Source: Bacteroidota bacterium (GTDB lineage Bacteria; Bacteroidota; Bacteroidia; Bacteroidales; UBA12481). Taken from it: a DNA stretch of 60,831 nt. How positions within the stretch are numbered: the stretch's first letter is position 1; every line of letters begins with the position of its first letter. The stretch lies in assembly GCA_034658635.1 (NCBI GenBank), contig JAYEFL010000334.1, positions 1 to 60,831 on the forward strand. The letters run 5' to 3'. This document shows, piece by piece, positions 41,270 to 50,786 of the stretch. The position numbers and the translations under genes are program-made. The notes beneath the pieces are model-generated. The model was not told the DNA's origin. It did not search any database and was given only the letters and a program-made list of their open reading frames with translations.

Positions 41270-41441
41270 TTATGTATAGAAATCAACAGTTTCATGGCTG
41301 GCGCCGGGGCGCGATCACCGATAGGTATTCCCTTAAAAAATATGCTGGCGGTTTGTCATACCTGGCAGGATTGTCATCCTCATCCGATTTATACCGACTT
41401 GATAATGCATACCTTTGCAAGCCTGAATGATTTAGTAACTT

Positions 41442-42614
41442 ATGTCTTGTCTCTTTGATTTTAAATATATCTCGATAAAAGCTTCTGTTGCAGGTGGGTT
41501 TTTTCAGGAATGGCGAGAAATTGCCATAGAAGCCACACGCTTTGTTGAGAAGAGCCGGTATTCGAATCAGACTTTGCAATTAATATGGTTTTTTAAACCC
41601 CCAAAAGATGAGAGTTGGCACAATCTCCAACAGTCAATAGGGGAATTGGAGGAGATGAAGCAGATTAAGTCAATAACTCAAACTTTCATTTCTCAACCAC
41701 CAATTGGAGATAGCCAGGTAGAATTGATCATAAGGTATATAAATGAGCAGACAGATCAGCTGGGTGTTCAATTTAAAGAAGTTAAGGGAAGCCAATATAC
41801 TTGCGTTGTTTCAGGTGAAAACTGCTGGGTTGTAATGGGAGGATTGGGGTGTTCAGAGGGGAGTCTTGAGGTTTCAGGGCAGGCTAAATGTGTCTTTTCT
41901 GAATTGCAGATAGTACTTGCCAAAGAAAACCTTGGTTTCAAACACCTCGTGCGACAATGGAATTATATAGAAAACATTGTAGGTTTCTCTCATCAGAGTG
42001 ATCGTGAGTATCAGCATTATCAAGAGTTTAATGAGATCCGGGCAGAATGGTATTCTGAAAACGGACTAGTACATGATTTTCCGGCTGCAACTGGTATCGG
42101 TACCCACGGAGGAGGAGTGATTATTGAAGGAATTGCTGCCAGACTGGATGCATCGTACAAATTACTGCCTATTGGGAACCCAAATCAAGAGAATGCTCAT
42201 TCTTATTCAAGAGCCAAGCTAATCGGAACTCAAGCCAGTTCGGCACCTCTGTTTGAGCGGGGTAAAATGATCTTTGGAAACAATGAGGGATATATATGGG
42301 TATCCGGTACTGCTGCTATCAGGGGAGAAGACTCTGTGTCAGGAAGTATCTCTGATCAAACCCGTGTAATCTGCGAAAATATTGATGAACTCATTTCTCA
42401 ATCTAATTTGAAGAAAGCAGGGCTTATAATGAATGATTTTGTCATTAAGCCAGTTTATTTAAGAGCTTATGTAAAGCCTGGTCAGGATGGATTATTGGTT
42501 GAAGAATTTATCCTAAAACGATATCCTGATGCACTGGTTCATGTTCTTTATGCAGATATTTGCCGGGAGGAGTTGTTAGTGGAAGTTGAGGGGGAGTTTA
42601 GAGTTGCACATTAG
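41442..42614 (+). CDS. Rid-fold protein, chorismatase FkbO/Hyg5-like
   Basis: RQWNYI, YQEFN..R, PAATGIG, NPNQ..A..Y, PLFER, SGTAAI.GE, ADICR.ELLVEVEG. Confidence 0.75.
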   Translation: MSCLFDFKYISIKASVAGGFFQEWREIAIEATRFVEKSRYSNQTLQLIWFFKPPKDESWHNLQQSIGELEEMKQIKSITQTFISQPPIGDSQVELIIRYINEQTDQLGVQFKEVKGSQYTCVVSGENCWVVMGGLGCSEGSLEVSGQAKCVFSELQIVLAKENLGFKHLVRQWNYIENIVGFSHQSDREYQHYQEFNEIRAEWYSENGLVHDFPAATGIGTHGGGVIIEGIAARLDASYKLLPIGNPNQENAHSYSRAKLIGTQASSAPLFERGKMIFGNNEGYIWVSGTAAIRGEDSVSGSISDQTRVICENIDELISQSNLKKAGLIMNDFVIKPVYLRAYVKPGQDGLLVEEFILKRYPDALVHVLYADICREELLVEVEGEFRVAH

Positions 42615-42634
42615 AGACACACGGCCGTGTGTCT
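42615..42634. repeat. Perfect 20-bp palindrome between convergent genes (REP-like)
   Basis: AGACACACGGCCGTGTGTCT equals its own reverse complement; flanked by TTAG and GTAC. Confidence 0.85.
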
Positions 42635-42651
42635 GTACAAGGTACCTTCAA

Positions 42652-43986
42652 TCAAACCTCTCTTGTTTCTTCAACAAACCTTATTCCCAGTTCTTCCAGT
42701 TCTTCCAGGATCGGTAGATACATGTCAGCTTTTACCGGAACCTGCACACCTGTTCGTCTTATTGTTCCATTGAGGATTAGTTTTGTTGCAATTGCAACAG
42801 GTGTTCCTACTGTTATGGCCATGGCGGTTTCTACCTGATTGATACCTTTTACTACCAGGCTGGATCTGGTTTCGAACTTTTTACCTTCTAATTCCCATTC
42901 CAGTACATGCTCCATTACTATCATGTCTTTGTCATCTGGATCCAATCCCCATTTTTCTTCAAGTTTCTTTTGCAGGATCTGAGCAGGAGTAGCCTCTTTT
43001 AATCCTATAAGTTCATCTTCAAATAATCCCAGCCATTCAATTTTTTTCATGATCTCGCCTTTGGGATCAATTCCGAAATAAGCGGGCAGCTTCTTCTCGA
43101 TTACTGTTCCTGGATCATACTTGAGAAAGGAATTCACAAATTGCCGGTAAGTCATGTTTTCTGAATTCTCAATTGTAAAGCTGTCGTCAGTTAATCCGAG
43201 CTGAACAAAAACATCCCAAGCCTCACAAAAGCCCGGTCTTCTCATGGTTCCACGAATTATTGTTGGTATATCATTCAAATCGTAAGTGGGGCGATATTTC
43301 AAAGAATCACGGTTTGGGTAAATTTCGAAACCTCCAACATCCTGAATGCTCGTATACTCAAGCCTGCTGAAAAGCTTATTGTAAGGGATGTATTTATACC
43401 TGCCGTTCCGGATAAACATGGATGTACCCTGTCCGGCCAACACCACATTTCTTGGATTCCAGGTAAATTTATAATTCCAGGGATTGTTATCGTATTCCGG
43501 GGCTACCAATCCTCCTGTCCGGGATTTAAAGGCTAATAATTTTCCTCCCTTATTTTTTATATCATCGATTATTTTCATAGCCGACATATGATCTATGCCG
43601 GGATCTACTCCAAGTTCGTTCATAAACAGGAGATTTTTTTCTTTCAATTGAGCATCCAGCTCCCTTATTTCGTTAGAAACGTAGGAGGCTGTTACCATAT
43701 TTTTATTGTTTTCCATGCATGCCTGAGCCACCAGTGGGTGGAAGCTGGCCGGGAGCATAGAGATAATAAGATCTGCCCCGAGAATTAAATCCAGGTAATC
43801 AGGTAAATTGCAAATGTCAAATACAACTGCTTCTGCTCGTGGGTGTTCCCTTATCTTTTTTTTAATCGTTTTGAGGTTAATGTCACCAATGCGAACGAAC
43901 CAGTTTTCAGATTCTGCATGGTTTAAAAGGTAATTAATCAGACTTGTGGTTGATAGTCCTGCTCCTAATAATAGTATTTGCTTCAT
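42652..43986 (-). CDS. Saccharopine dehydrogenase family protein
   Basis: GAG Rossmann start, TASY, ELGVDPGIDH, YKFTWNPR, YPNRDS, RGTMR, TAMAITVG.P. Confidence 0.92.
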   Translation of the reverse strand: MKQILLLGAGLSTTSLINYLLNHAESENWFVRIGDINLKTIKKKIREHPRAEAVVFDICNLPDYLDLILGADLIISMLPASFHPLVAQACMENNKNMVTASYVSNEIRELDAQLKEKNLLFMNELGVDPGIDHMSAMKIIDDIKNKGGKLLAFKSRTGGLVAPEYDNNPWNYKFTWNPRNVVLAGQGTSMFIRNGRYKYIPYNKLFSRLEYTSIQDVGGFEIYPNRDSLKYRPTYDLNDIPTIIRGTMRRPGFCEAWDVFVQLGLTDDSFTIENSENMTYRQFVNSFLKYDPGTVIEKKLPAYFGIDPKGEIMKKIEWLGLFEDELIGLKEATPAQILQKKLEEKWGLDPDDKDMIVMEHVLEWELEGKKFETRSSLVVKGINQVETAMAITVGTPVAIATKLILNGTIRRTGVQVPVKADMYLPILEELEELGIRFVEETREV

Positions 43987-44130
43987 GATCAGCTTTGGTT
44001 TTGCTGCTAATGTAGAATTTTCAACCTTTCAAAAAAATTAAATTTGACAGCTGTTGAGAAGTATTTACAATACGGTTTTAGCTCGGGCTTGATAAATTTT
44101 ATCTTTGTTTTCCACGATCATTATGGGGAT

Positions 44131-46749
44131 ATGGCAAAGCAGAAAAGTGTGGTTGAAACTCCGTTGATGAAACAGTATTTTGCAATCAAGGATAAACATC
44201 CTGATGCGATCTTACTTTTCAGGGTAGGGGATTTTTATGAAACTTTTTCCGAGGATGCGATTAAGGCAGCCCGGATATTGGGAATAACTTTGACTCGAAG
44301 GGCCAATGGTGCAGCTTCTTATGTTGAGTTGGCAGGCTTTCCATATCACGCTCTTGATACCTATCTTCCAAAATTGGTCAGGGCTGGTCAGCGGGTTGCC
44401 ATTTGTGAGCAACTTGAAGATCCTAAAATGACAAAGAAGATTGTCAAACGTGGTGTAACCGAATTAGTTACGCCCGGGGTGTCATTAAATGACAATGTTC
44501 TGGAGCATCGTGAGAATAATTATTTGGCTGCAGTGCATCTTGATCGTAAAATGGTTGGTGTAGCTTTTCTGGATATTTCAACCGGGGAGTTTTTAACAGC
44601 TGAAGGCAGTGCTGATTATGTTGACAAATTGCTCAACAGTCTTTCTCCAAAGGAGGTTTTGTTTCAGAAAGGGAAGGAATCTCCATTTCAGGAACAATTC
44701 GGGAGTAAGTTTTATACCTATACGCTTGATGACTGGGTATTTACCAATGATTCGGCTCAGGATCGACTCCTGCAGCAGTTTGAAACCAGTTCTTTGAAGG
44801 GCTTTGGGATTGAGAAGCTCGAGTACGGAATCGTTGCGGCTGGTGCTATACTTCAGTACCTTGATCTTACTCAGCACAATAAAACCAAGCATATATCCAG
44901 AATCTCGAGAATTGAAGAGGATAAATATGTTTGGCTCGATAAATTTACGATCCGAAATCTTGAATTATTCCATTCTTTGAATGAAGGGGCAAGTACCCTG
45001 GTGGATGTGATTGACAAAACAATATCCCCGATGGGGGCGCGGATGCTAAAGCGATGGGTGGCTCTGCCCTTGAAAGAAGTTCAGCCTTTAAACGAGCGCC
45101 TGAATGTGGTTGAATATTTTATGAAGCATCCTGATTTCCGCGATCATATTGAAGAGAATATTCGTGAAGTAGGAGACCTTGAAAGGATTATCTCCAAAGT
45201 GGCTGTGGCACGTATCAGTCCGAGAGAGGTAGTTCAACTGAAACATGCTTTATTTGCAATTGAGCCCATCAAGCGTGCTTGTTTGGCGGCTGATGATCTG
45301 ACTCTGAACAGGTTCGGAGAGCAGCTGAATCCTTGCGAGGTGATACGGAACAGAATACAAGCTGAAATAATGCCCGATCCTCCGCATCAGATCCATAAAG
45401 GTCAGGTTATTGAAAAAGGGGTTAACGCAGAGCTGGATGAGTTAAGGGAAATTGCGTATTCAGGTAAAGATTATCTGGCCAGATTGCAGGAGAATGAGAG
45501 CAATCGAACCGGAATAACTTCCCTGAAAGTGGGCTTTAATAATGTCTTTGGGTATTACTTCGAGGTGAAAAACACTCATAAAGACAAAGTGCCGGAGGAA
45601 TGGGTCAGGAAGCAAACACTGGTGAATGGCGAGAGATATATCAATGAGGAACTCAAAGAATATGAATCGAAAATTCTTGGTGCCGAAGAACGAATTCTGG
45701 CCTTGGAAACCAGACTATTTAATGAGCTGGTTTCTTCACTGATAGAATATATTCAGCCTGTACAACTAAACGCCCACATCTTGGGTCAGCTTGATTTGCT
45801 GAGATCATTTTGCCAGGTTGCCCGTGAAAACAGGTATATGCGTCCGGTTTTATCCGAGGAAGATACAATCGATATTCATAACGGCCGCCATCCGGTAATC
45901 GAGAAGCAATTGCCCCTGGGTGAGGAATATATAGCCAATGATGTTAAGCTCGACCAAAATGATCAACAGATTATTATCATTACTGGTCCGAATATGTCTG
46001 GTAAATCGGCTTTACTCCGACAAACTGCCCTGATTGTGCTTTTAGCCCAGATGGGTTCATTTGTTCCGGCTGATTCGGCACATATCGGGCTGGTGGATAA
46101 AATCTTTACCCGTGTGGGTGCGAGTGATAATATTTCCCTTGGTGAGTCAACCTTTATGGTAGAGATGAACGAAGCAGCATCGATTCTGAATAATCTTTCT
46201 GATCGCAGTCTTATCCTGTTTGATGAGCTAGGTCGTGGAACCAGTACTTATGATGGAATCTCTATTGCCTGGTCGATTGTTGAGCATATTCATGAACATT
46301 CAAAGGCCCGTGCAAAGACTTTGTTTGCAACCCATTACCATGAGTTGAATGAAATGGCAAAATCATTCAAGAGGGTCAAAAACTATAATGTCTCGGTACG
46401 TGAAGTTGATAACAAGGTGATCTTTCTGAGAAAGCTTGTAAAGGGAGGCTCTGAGCATAGTTTCGGTATTCATGTAGCCCGTATGGCTGGCATGCCTAAG
46501 TCTATAGTGAACCGAGCCAATGAAATACTCAAGGAGTTAGAATCCTCGCATCGCCGTGAGCTGTCAAGCGAACCCGTAAAAGATCTGGCTCAAAATCGCG
46601 AAGGCTTTCAAATGTCCTTTTTTCAGCTTGATGATCCTGTTCTGAAGCAAATCAGAGATGAGATTGTAAATCTGGATGTTGATAATCTGACTCCTCTTGA
46701 GGCGCTGAATAAGTTGGAGGAGATTAAGAGGATTTCGGGGATATTGTGA
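44131..46749 (+). CDS. mutS: DNA mismatch repair protein MutS
   Basis: [45 protein letters not shown]. Start moved to ATG 44131 after TATCTTTG. Confidence 0.98.
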   Translation: MAKQKSVVETPLMKQYFAIKDKHPDAILLFRVGDFYETFSEDAIKAARILGITLTRRANGAASYVELAGFPYHALDTYLPKLVRAGQRVAICEQLEDPKMTKKIVKRGVTELVTPGVSLNDNVLEHRENNYLAAVHLDRKMVGVAFLDISTGEFLTAEGSADYVDKLLNSLSPKEVLFQKGKESPFQEQFGSKFYTYTLDDWVFTNDSAQDRLLQQFETSSLKGFGIEKLEYGIVAAGAILQYLDLTQHNKTKHISRISRIEEDKYVWLDKFTIRNLELFHSLNEGASTLVDVIDKTISPMGARMLKRWVALPLKEVQPLNERLNVVEYFMKHPDFRDHIEENIREVGDLERIISKVAVARISPREVVQLKHALFAIEPIKRACLAADDLTLNRFGEQLNPCEVIRNRIQAEIMPDPPHQIHKGQVIEKGVNAELDELREIAYSGKDYLARLQENESNRTGITSLKVGFNNVFGYYFEVKNTHKDKVPEEWVRKQTLVNGERYINEELKEYESKILGAEERILALETRLFNELVSSLIEYIQPVQLNAHILGQLDLLRSFCQVARENRYMRPVLSEEDTIDIHNGRHPVIEKQLPLGEEYIANDVKLDQNDQQIIIITGPNMSGKSALLRQTALIVLLAQMGSFVPADSAHIGLVDKIFTRVGASDNISLGESTFMVEMNEAASILNNLSDRSLILFDELGRGTSTYDGISIAWSIVEHIHEHSKARAKTLFATHYHELNEMAKSFKRVKNYNVSVREVDNKVIFLRKLVKGGSEHSFGIHVARMAGMPKSIVNRANEILKELESSHRRELSSEPVKDLAQNREGFQMSFFQLDDPVLKQIRDEIVNLDVDNLTPLEALNKLEEIKRISGIL

Positions 46750-46796
46750 CTCGGGACTTGGGATTCGGGACTCGGGACTCGGGACTTGGGACTCGA
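46748..46796 (+). repeat. Heptamer tandem repeat, 7 x GACTCGG-like
   Basis: GACTCGG GACTTGG GATTCGG GACTCGG GACTCGG GACTTGG GACTCGA, beginning inside the mutS TGA. Confidence 0.95.
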
Positions 46797-46800
46797 AGTT

Positions 46801-46825
46801 CCGGTCGCTGAGCGGAGTCGAAGCG
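46801..46825. repeat. REP-like GC-rich element
   Basis: CCGGTCGCTGAGCGGAGTCGAAGCG resembles an intergenic repeat (CTTCGACTCCGCTCAG on the other strand) I recall from Bacteroidota genomes; single copy in this window. Confidence 0.55.
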
Positions 46826-46854
46826 TGTTTTGAAAGACTGTTGCTCTGATTGAT

Positions 46855-47802
46855 TCAGGGATTAAGGGTGAATATTGTAACTTCTGGGGGGCAGTTGAAT
46901 CTTACTGGCATTCCGCTTACTCCTACTCCTCTTGATGTGTAGCCTTTCATTTGGTCTATTTCCCACAATCCGTTATTGTATTCTTTTCCTTCAAATTGGT
47001 GGCTTATTATTGGGACTCCTTTCTTTATGCAGATTTGTCCTCCGTGGGTGTGGCCGCATAGATACAAGTCATATTTGTTTGCTGCCGCGGTTTTGGCTAG
47101 TTCTGATGTATGAACGAGGGCTATTTTAAAATCATATCCTTTTGTTTCCAGGCTCAATAATGCTTGTTCAGTATAAAAGTTGAAAGGGTCATCGGTGCCG
47201 GTAATCAGGATCTTTTGACCATCCTTTTCAATTTCAACTGATTCATTGATAAGTAATTCTATTCCTGATTGATCTTCATATCTGGCCATCAGAAAAGTGT
47301 CGTGATTTCCGAGTACAGCAAATGTTCCCAAGGGGGCCTCGATGTATTTTGAAAGTATCATAAAGGGTTTGAGGATATGGCTGAAACTCCCTGAACTGTC
47401 ACGTCGGTAATCTCCTGTAAGCACACAAAGGTCAAAATCCAGATCTTTTATTTTATTGGTGATCAATGCTGCAAATCCTGGAATTGAATCCAGGTGTAGA
47501 TCAGACAGGTGAAGGATTCGTAATCCCTTGAATGTATCCGGGAGCTTTGGGAAATGCAGTTGAACATCGCTGACTGTGATTGTTTTAGCGTTTCCATAGC
47601 CTTTCTTGTAGTTCCCTGATAATTTGAGAAAAAGTGCAAAAATCTTCATAAGGCGCAGGAATAAATTCCATCTGCTTTTACTCTTTTTTCCACTTTTCTT
47701 TCTTGCAACTCCAGCATTCTCCAGCACCGACCGGGTTGCAGCCCATATCAATCGCTTTTCTTTTCTGGTTTCAGGAGGATCAAGGAAACGGTACATAGCC
47801 AT
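46855..47802 (-). CDS. Metallophosphoesterase (YkuE-like)
   Basis: SDLH, TGD, GNHD, GHTHGGQ, SRGVG..R.NCPPE. Confidence 0.92.
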   Translation of the reverse strand: MAMYRFLDPPETRKEKRLIWAATRSVLENAGVARKKSGKKSKSRWNLFLRLMKIFALFLKLSGNYKKGYGNAKTITVSDVQLHFPKLPDTFKGLRILHLSDLHLDSIPGFAALITNKIKDLDFDLCVLTGDYRRDSSGSFSHILKPFMILSKYIEAPLGTFAVLGNHDTFLMARYEDQSGIELLINESVEIEKDGQKILITGTDDPFNFYTEQALLSLETKGYDFKIALVHTSELAKTAAANKYDLYLCGHTHGGQICIKKGVPIISHQFEGKEYNNGLWEIDQMKGYTSRGVGVSGMPVRFNCPPEVTIFTLNP

Positions 47803-48013
47803 TTTTACTTTTGGATTAAGTTACGAAATTGGGTTGAGAGTTTATTGCTTATTCTTGCTCACTTTGTTCGCTGGTTAATTCAGGTTAATTCAAGGGGACT
47901 CAGGGATTTGTTGCTAATCACACGCTAAGGCTTCCTAATCCTATTTTTAGCCTTAATTACTAATTTCTATTTCCTATCTTTACATGCCCCCACCACCTAA
48001 TACTACTATTGTT

Positions 48014-49201
48014 ATGAATTTTCGATTAGTTGCAGTTAGCTTTTTTGTTTTACTGCTTGTGGCTATGCCTGGGAGAGGTGTGGCTCAAGAGCTTGATGTT
48101 GTTGATATCGGAGCTGTTTTTAATGAGACGATTCCTTTGAACCTGAGTGAGATTGCTTCAGGGATTGAGTACATTCCTTTGGAAACTAGTGAAACTTGTA
48201 TACTTGGGAGTGTTTACAATCTGAGGATCCATGGAGACAATATTGTCTTAATCTCAAACCGCAAGGTGTATCTTTTCAATACGAATGGGAAATTCATAAG
48301 AAAATTAGGTGATCAGGGAAAAGGGCCTGGAGAATACGTGTGGGCTCGTGATATCCAAATTCATCCCAATGGGGAATCCGTATTTATTTTAGACATTACC
48401 GGGGTTAAGATTATTGAAATTGCACTTGATGGAAGGCATTTGAGATCGATTAAGCTGCCTAAATTACAAATGCCTGAAGATTTTCTTTTCTCTAATGATC
48501 ATTTTTATGTGTTATGCGGCAGGGGAGGGTCATCAGAGAATTTCGTATATGAAATGGATGATCAGGGAGTTCTCGTAAGAAGTTTAAATATCACCTGTGA
48601 AGCATTTGGTACAGCTTTACATGGTTTCTTTCAAGAGACAGGAGGATTCTTGCTTCACGATAACTATTTTGATCTGGCCACCGTATGGAATGATACCATC
48701 TTTAGAATTCATTCTTCAGGCAGAAAAGAAGCTTTGTATTTAGTGGATTATGGAAAATTCAAATATCCACTGGATGGGGCAAAAGGATCGCTGGTTAATC
48801 AAGCAATGAAAAAAGGCTATGCCTTTCAGCACTGGCGTGCTATTTCAGAAAATTATCTATTTATCCACTCTCAGGATGGACGGGATTTGAAACTGGTGGT
48901 TTATGACAGGAACAAGAAGAAAATTATCCATAGCTCAAATATCAGAGATGAGAAAAATGGTGGTATTCAAAACAATTTTGATGGAGGACCGGGAGTTAAT
49001 ATGATTCCTGCATTTCAAAAGAACAATGGAAAAGATTTGGTACAAGCTCACCAAGCGATTCACTTTATTGAAACATCCAATGAAAATCTAAGTGAGGGTA
49101 AGCCAATAGAGAATAAGAAGGCTCAGGAGAACTTGAAGCAATTAGTTAGTCAGTTATCCGAAGACGATAATCCGGTTGTTCAGATTATTCATCTTAAATA
49201 A
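48014..49201 (+). CDS. Secreted 6-bladed beta-propeller protein
   Basis: LS.IAS.IEYIPLET, GKFIRK.G..GKGPGEY, NNFDGGP, C-terminal EDDNPV...LK. Start at ATG 48014. Confidence 0.8.
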   Translation: MNFRLVAVSFFVLLLVAMPGRGVAQELDVVDIGAVFNETIPLNLSEIASGIEYIPLETSETCILGSVYNLRIHGDNIVLISNRKVYLFNTNGKFIRKLGDQGKGPGEYVWARDIQIHPNGESVFILDITGVKIIEIALDGRHLRSIKLPKLQMPEDFLFSNDHFYVLCGRGGSSENFVYEMDDQGVLVRSLNITCEAFGTALHGFFQETGGFLLHDNYFDLATVWNDTIFRIHSSGRKEALYLVDYGKFKYPLDGAKGSLVNQAMKKGYAFQHWRAISENYLFIHSQDGRDLKLVVYDRNKKKIIHSSNIRDEKNGGIQNNFDGGPGVNMIPAFQKNNGKDLVQAHQAIHFIETSNENLSEGKPIENKKAQENLKQLVSQLSEDDNPVVQIIHLK

Positions 49202-49250
49202 TCTAGATGATAATCCCGTTCCTATCCTTAATGACTATTTCCTAAGTCCT

Positions 49251-49829
49251 ATGTCCTATACTCCCCGCTGCACCTGGCCCGCAACCGACCCCCTCATGAT
49301 CGAATATCACGATCAGGAATGGGGCGTTCCTCTTCATGATGATCAAAAATGGTTTGAGTTTATTGTTCTGGATGCTTTCCAGGCGGGATTGAGCTGGAAG
49401 ACCATTTTGCATAAAAGGGGAAATTTCCGAAAAGCTCTGGATGGTTTTGATCCGGTGCTTATCTCAAAATATCAAGAAGACAAAGTTCAGGAGCTGATGC
49501 AGGATGCCGGGATTATTAGAAATCAACTGAAGATCAGGTCAACGATTACTAATGCTCTATCATTTCTGGAGATTCAGAAGGAATATGGGAGTTTTGATAG
49601 ATATATCTGGGGTTTTACAGATAGAAAAGTGATTCAGAATTCATGGAAATCTATGCAGGAAGTCCCGGCTAAAACTCCTTTGTCAGATGAGATTAGTAAG
49701 AGCCTGAAAAAACGTGGATTTAAGTTTGTGGGGTCAACCATCGTCTATGCCTTTCTCCAGTCTGCAGGAGTGGTGAATGATCATGTTTGTGAGTGCTTTC
49801 GGCATAGTGAACTGGGGAGCAAAAGGTAA
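49251..49829 (+). CDS. tag: DNA-3-methyladenine glycosylase I
   Basis: RCTW, YHDQEWG, FQAGLSW..IL.KR, IIRNQLKI, GFKFVG, NDH...C. Start at ATG 49251. Confidence 0.95.
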   Translation: MSYTPRCTWPATDPLMIEYHDQEWGVPLHDDQKWFEFIVLDAFQAGLSWKTILHKRGNFRKALDGFDPVLISKYQEDKVQELMQDAGIIRNQLKIRSTITNALSFLEIQKEYGSFDRYIWGFTDRKVIQNSWKSMQEVPAKTPLSDEISKSLKKRGFKFVGSTIVYAFLQSAGVVNDHVCECFRHSELGSKR

Positions 49830-49897
49830 TTCAAGGCAAAAAAGTTAGGATTTCTTTTTAGAGATGGCAAAAATGAACTATATTTGCAGTCCGAAAA

Positions 49898-49970
<73 letters not shown>

Positions 49971-49978
49971 CAAAAGAA

Positions 49979-50012
49979 AAAAGCCTGGATGAACTACCAC
50001 ATTCAGGCTTTT
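49979..50012 (+). terminator. Terminator-like hairpin between the two tRNAs
   Basis: AAAAGCCTGGATG-8 nt loop-CATTCAGGCTTTT. Confidence 0.6.
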
Positions 50013-50021
50013 AGTTAATAT

Positions 50022-50106
50022 GCCCAGATGGCGGAATTGGTAGACGCGCTGGACTTAAAATCCAGTGGCCATTATGGCCGTGCCGGTTCGACCCCGGCTC
50101 CGGGTA
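50022..50106 (+). tRNA. tRNA-Leu(TAA)
   Basis: Long variable arm GGCCA-TTA-TGGCC, anticodon arm CTGGA-CTTAAAA-TCCAG, A73; A5.C68 mismatch. Confidence 0.97.
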
Positions 50107-50113
50107 CGAAGAA

Positions 50114-50148
50114 AAGGCATAAGGCATAAGGCATAAGGCATAAGACTT
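50114..50148 (+). repeat. Heptamer tandem repeat (AAGGCAT)4 plus a degenerate unit
   Basis: Directly visible 7 nt after the tRNA-Leu 3' end. Confidence 0.95.
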
Positions 50149-50201
50149 GAAAGCTGATGGTCGAATGTCTTTTTTTTTATCTTTGATTCTGCCTAATAAA
50201 A

Positions 50202-50786
50202 ATGAATATGAAAGTTTACAAGCTTACAATTTTAGTTCTTTTATTGCTTCTGGGATGTGTTGCATGTCAGAAAAAAAATCCGGTTGTTGAGTTTCAGACT
50301 CCGAAAGGAAAAATCCTGGTGGAACTGGATATTGAAAATGCTCCAATAACAGCAAGTCATTTTCTTAAGCTGGTAAAGGAAGGATATTACGACGGAGCTT
50401 CTTTTTATCGTTCTGTCAGAGGGGCTACAAAGGATAATCCGGTTCATATAACTGTGGTTCAGGGTGGTGTTTCGGGTATGGGAAACAAACGTCGGGTTGA
50501 GAGCATTAGTCATGAGAGTACTGATATTACCGGACTAACACATTCTAATGGTGTTATCTCAATGGCGCGTAACAAGCCCGGATCTGCTTCAACGGAATTC
50601 TTTTTTTGTATGGGAGAGAATCAGGAACTGGATTTTGGTGGAAAGAGAAATCCTGACGGCCAGGGATTTGCAGCTTTTGGGAAAGCGATTGAGGGATTCA
50701 AAACTCTGCATGACTTATGGGGAGCTTCGGCAATGGGCGAGCAAATCGATCCCAAAATTATTATTTACAAAATTAAAGTTCAATAA
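50202..50786 (+). CDS. Cyclophilin-type peptidyl-prolyl isomerase, probable lipoprotein
   Basis: APIT..F, YYDG..FYR, VQGG, H..G.ISMAR..P.SA.TEFF, FAAFG. Confidence 0.9.
   Translation: MNMKVYKLTILVLLLLLGCVACQKKNPVVEFQTPKGKILVELDIENAPITASHFLKLVKEGYYDGASFYRSVRGATKDNPVHITVVQGGVSGMGNKRRVESISHESTDITGLTHSNGVISMARNKPGSASTEFFFCMGENQELDFGGKRNPDGQGFAAFGKAIEGFKTLHDLWGASAMGEQIDPKIIIYKIKVQ

Noticed and set aside
42687-42709. CCAGTTCTT repeated in tandem
   Set aside because: It simply encodes LEELEEL in the saccharopine dehydrogenase C-terminus.
47873-49836. GGTTAATTCAAGG and GGTAATTCAAGG flanking the propeller and tag genes as a target-site duplication
   Set aside because: The match is short, imperfect and AT-rich, one copy includes the tag stop codon, and no mobility gene is present.
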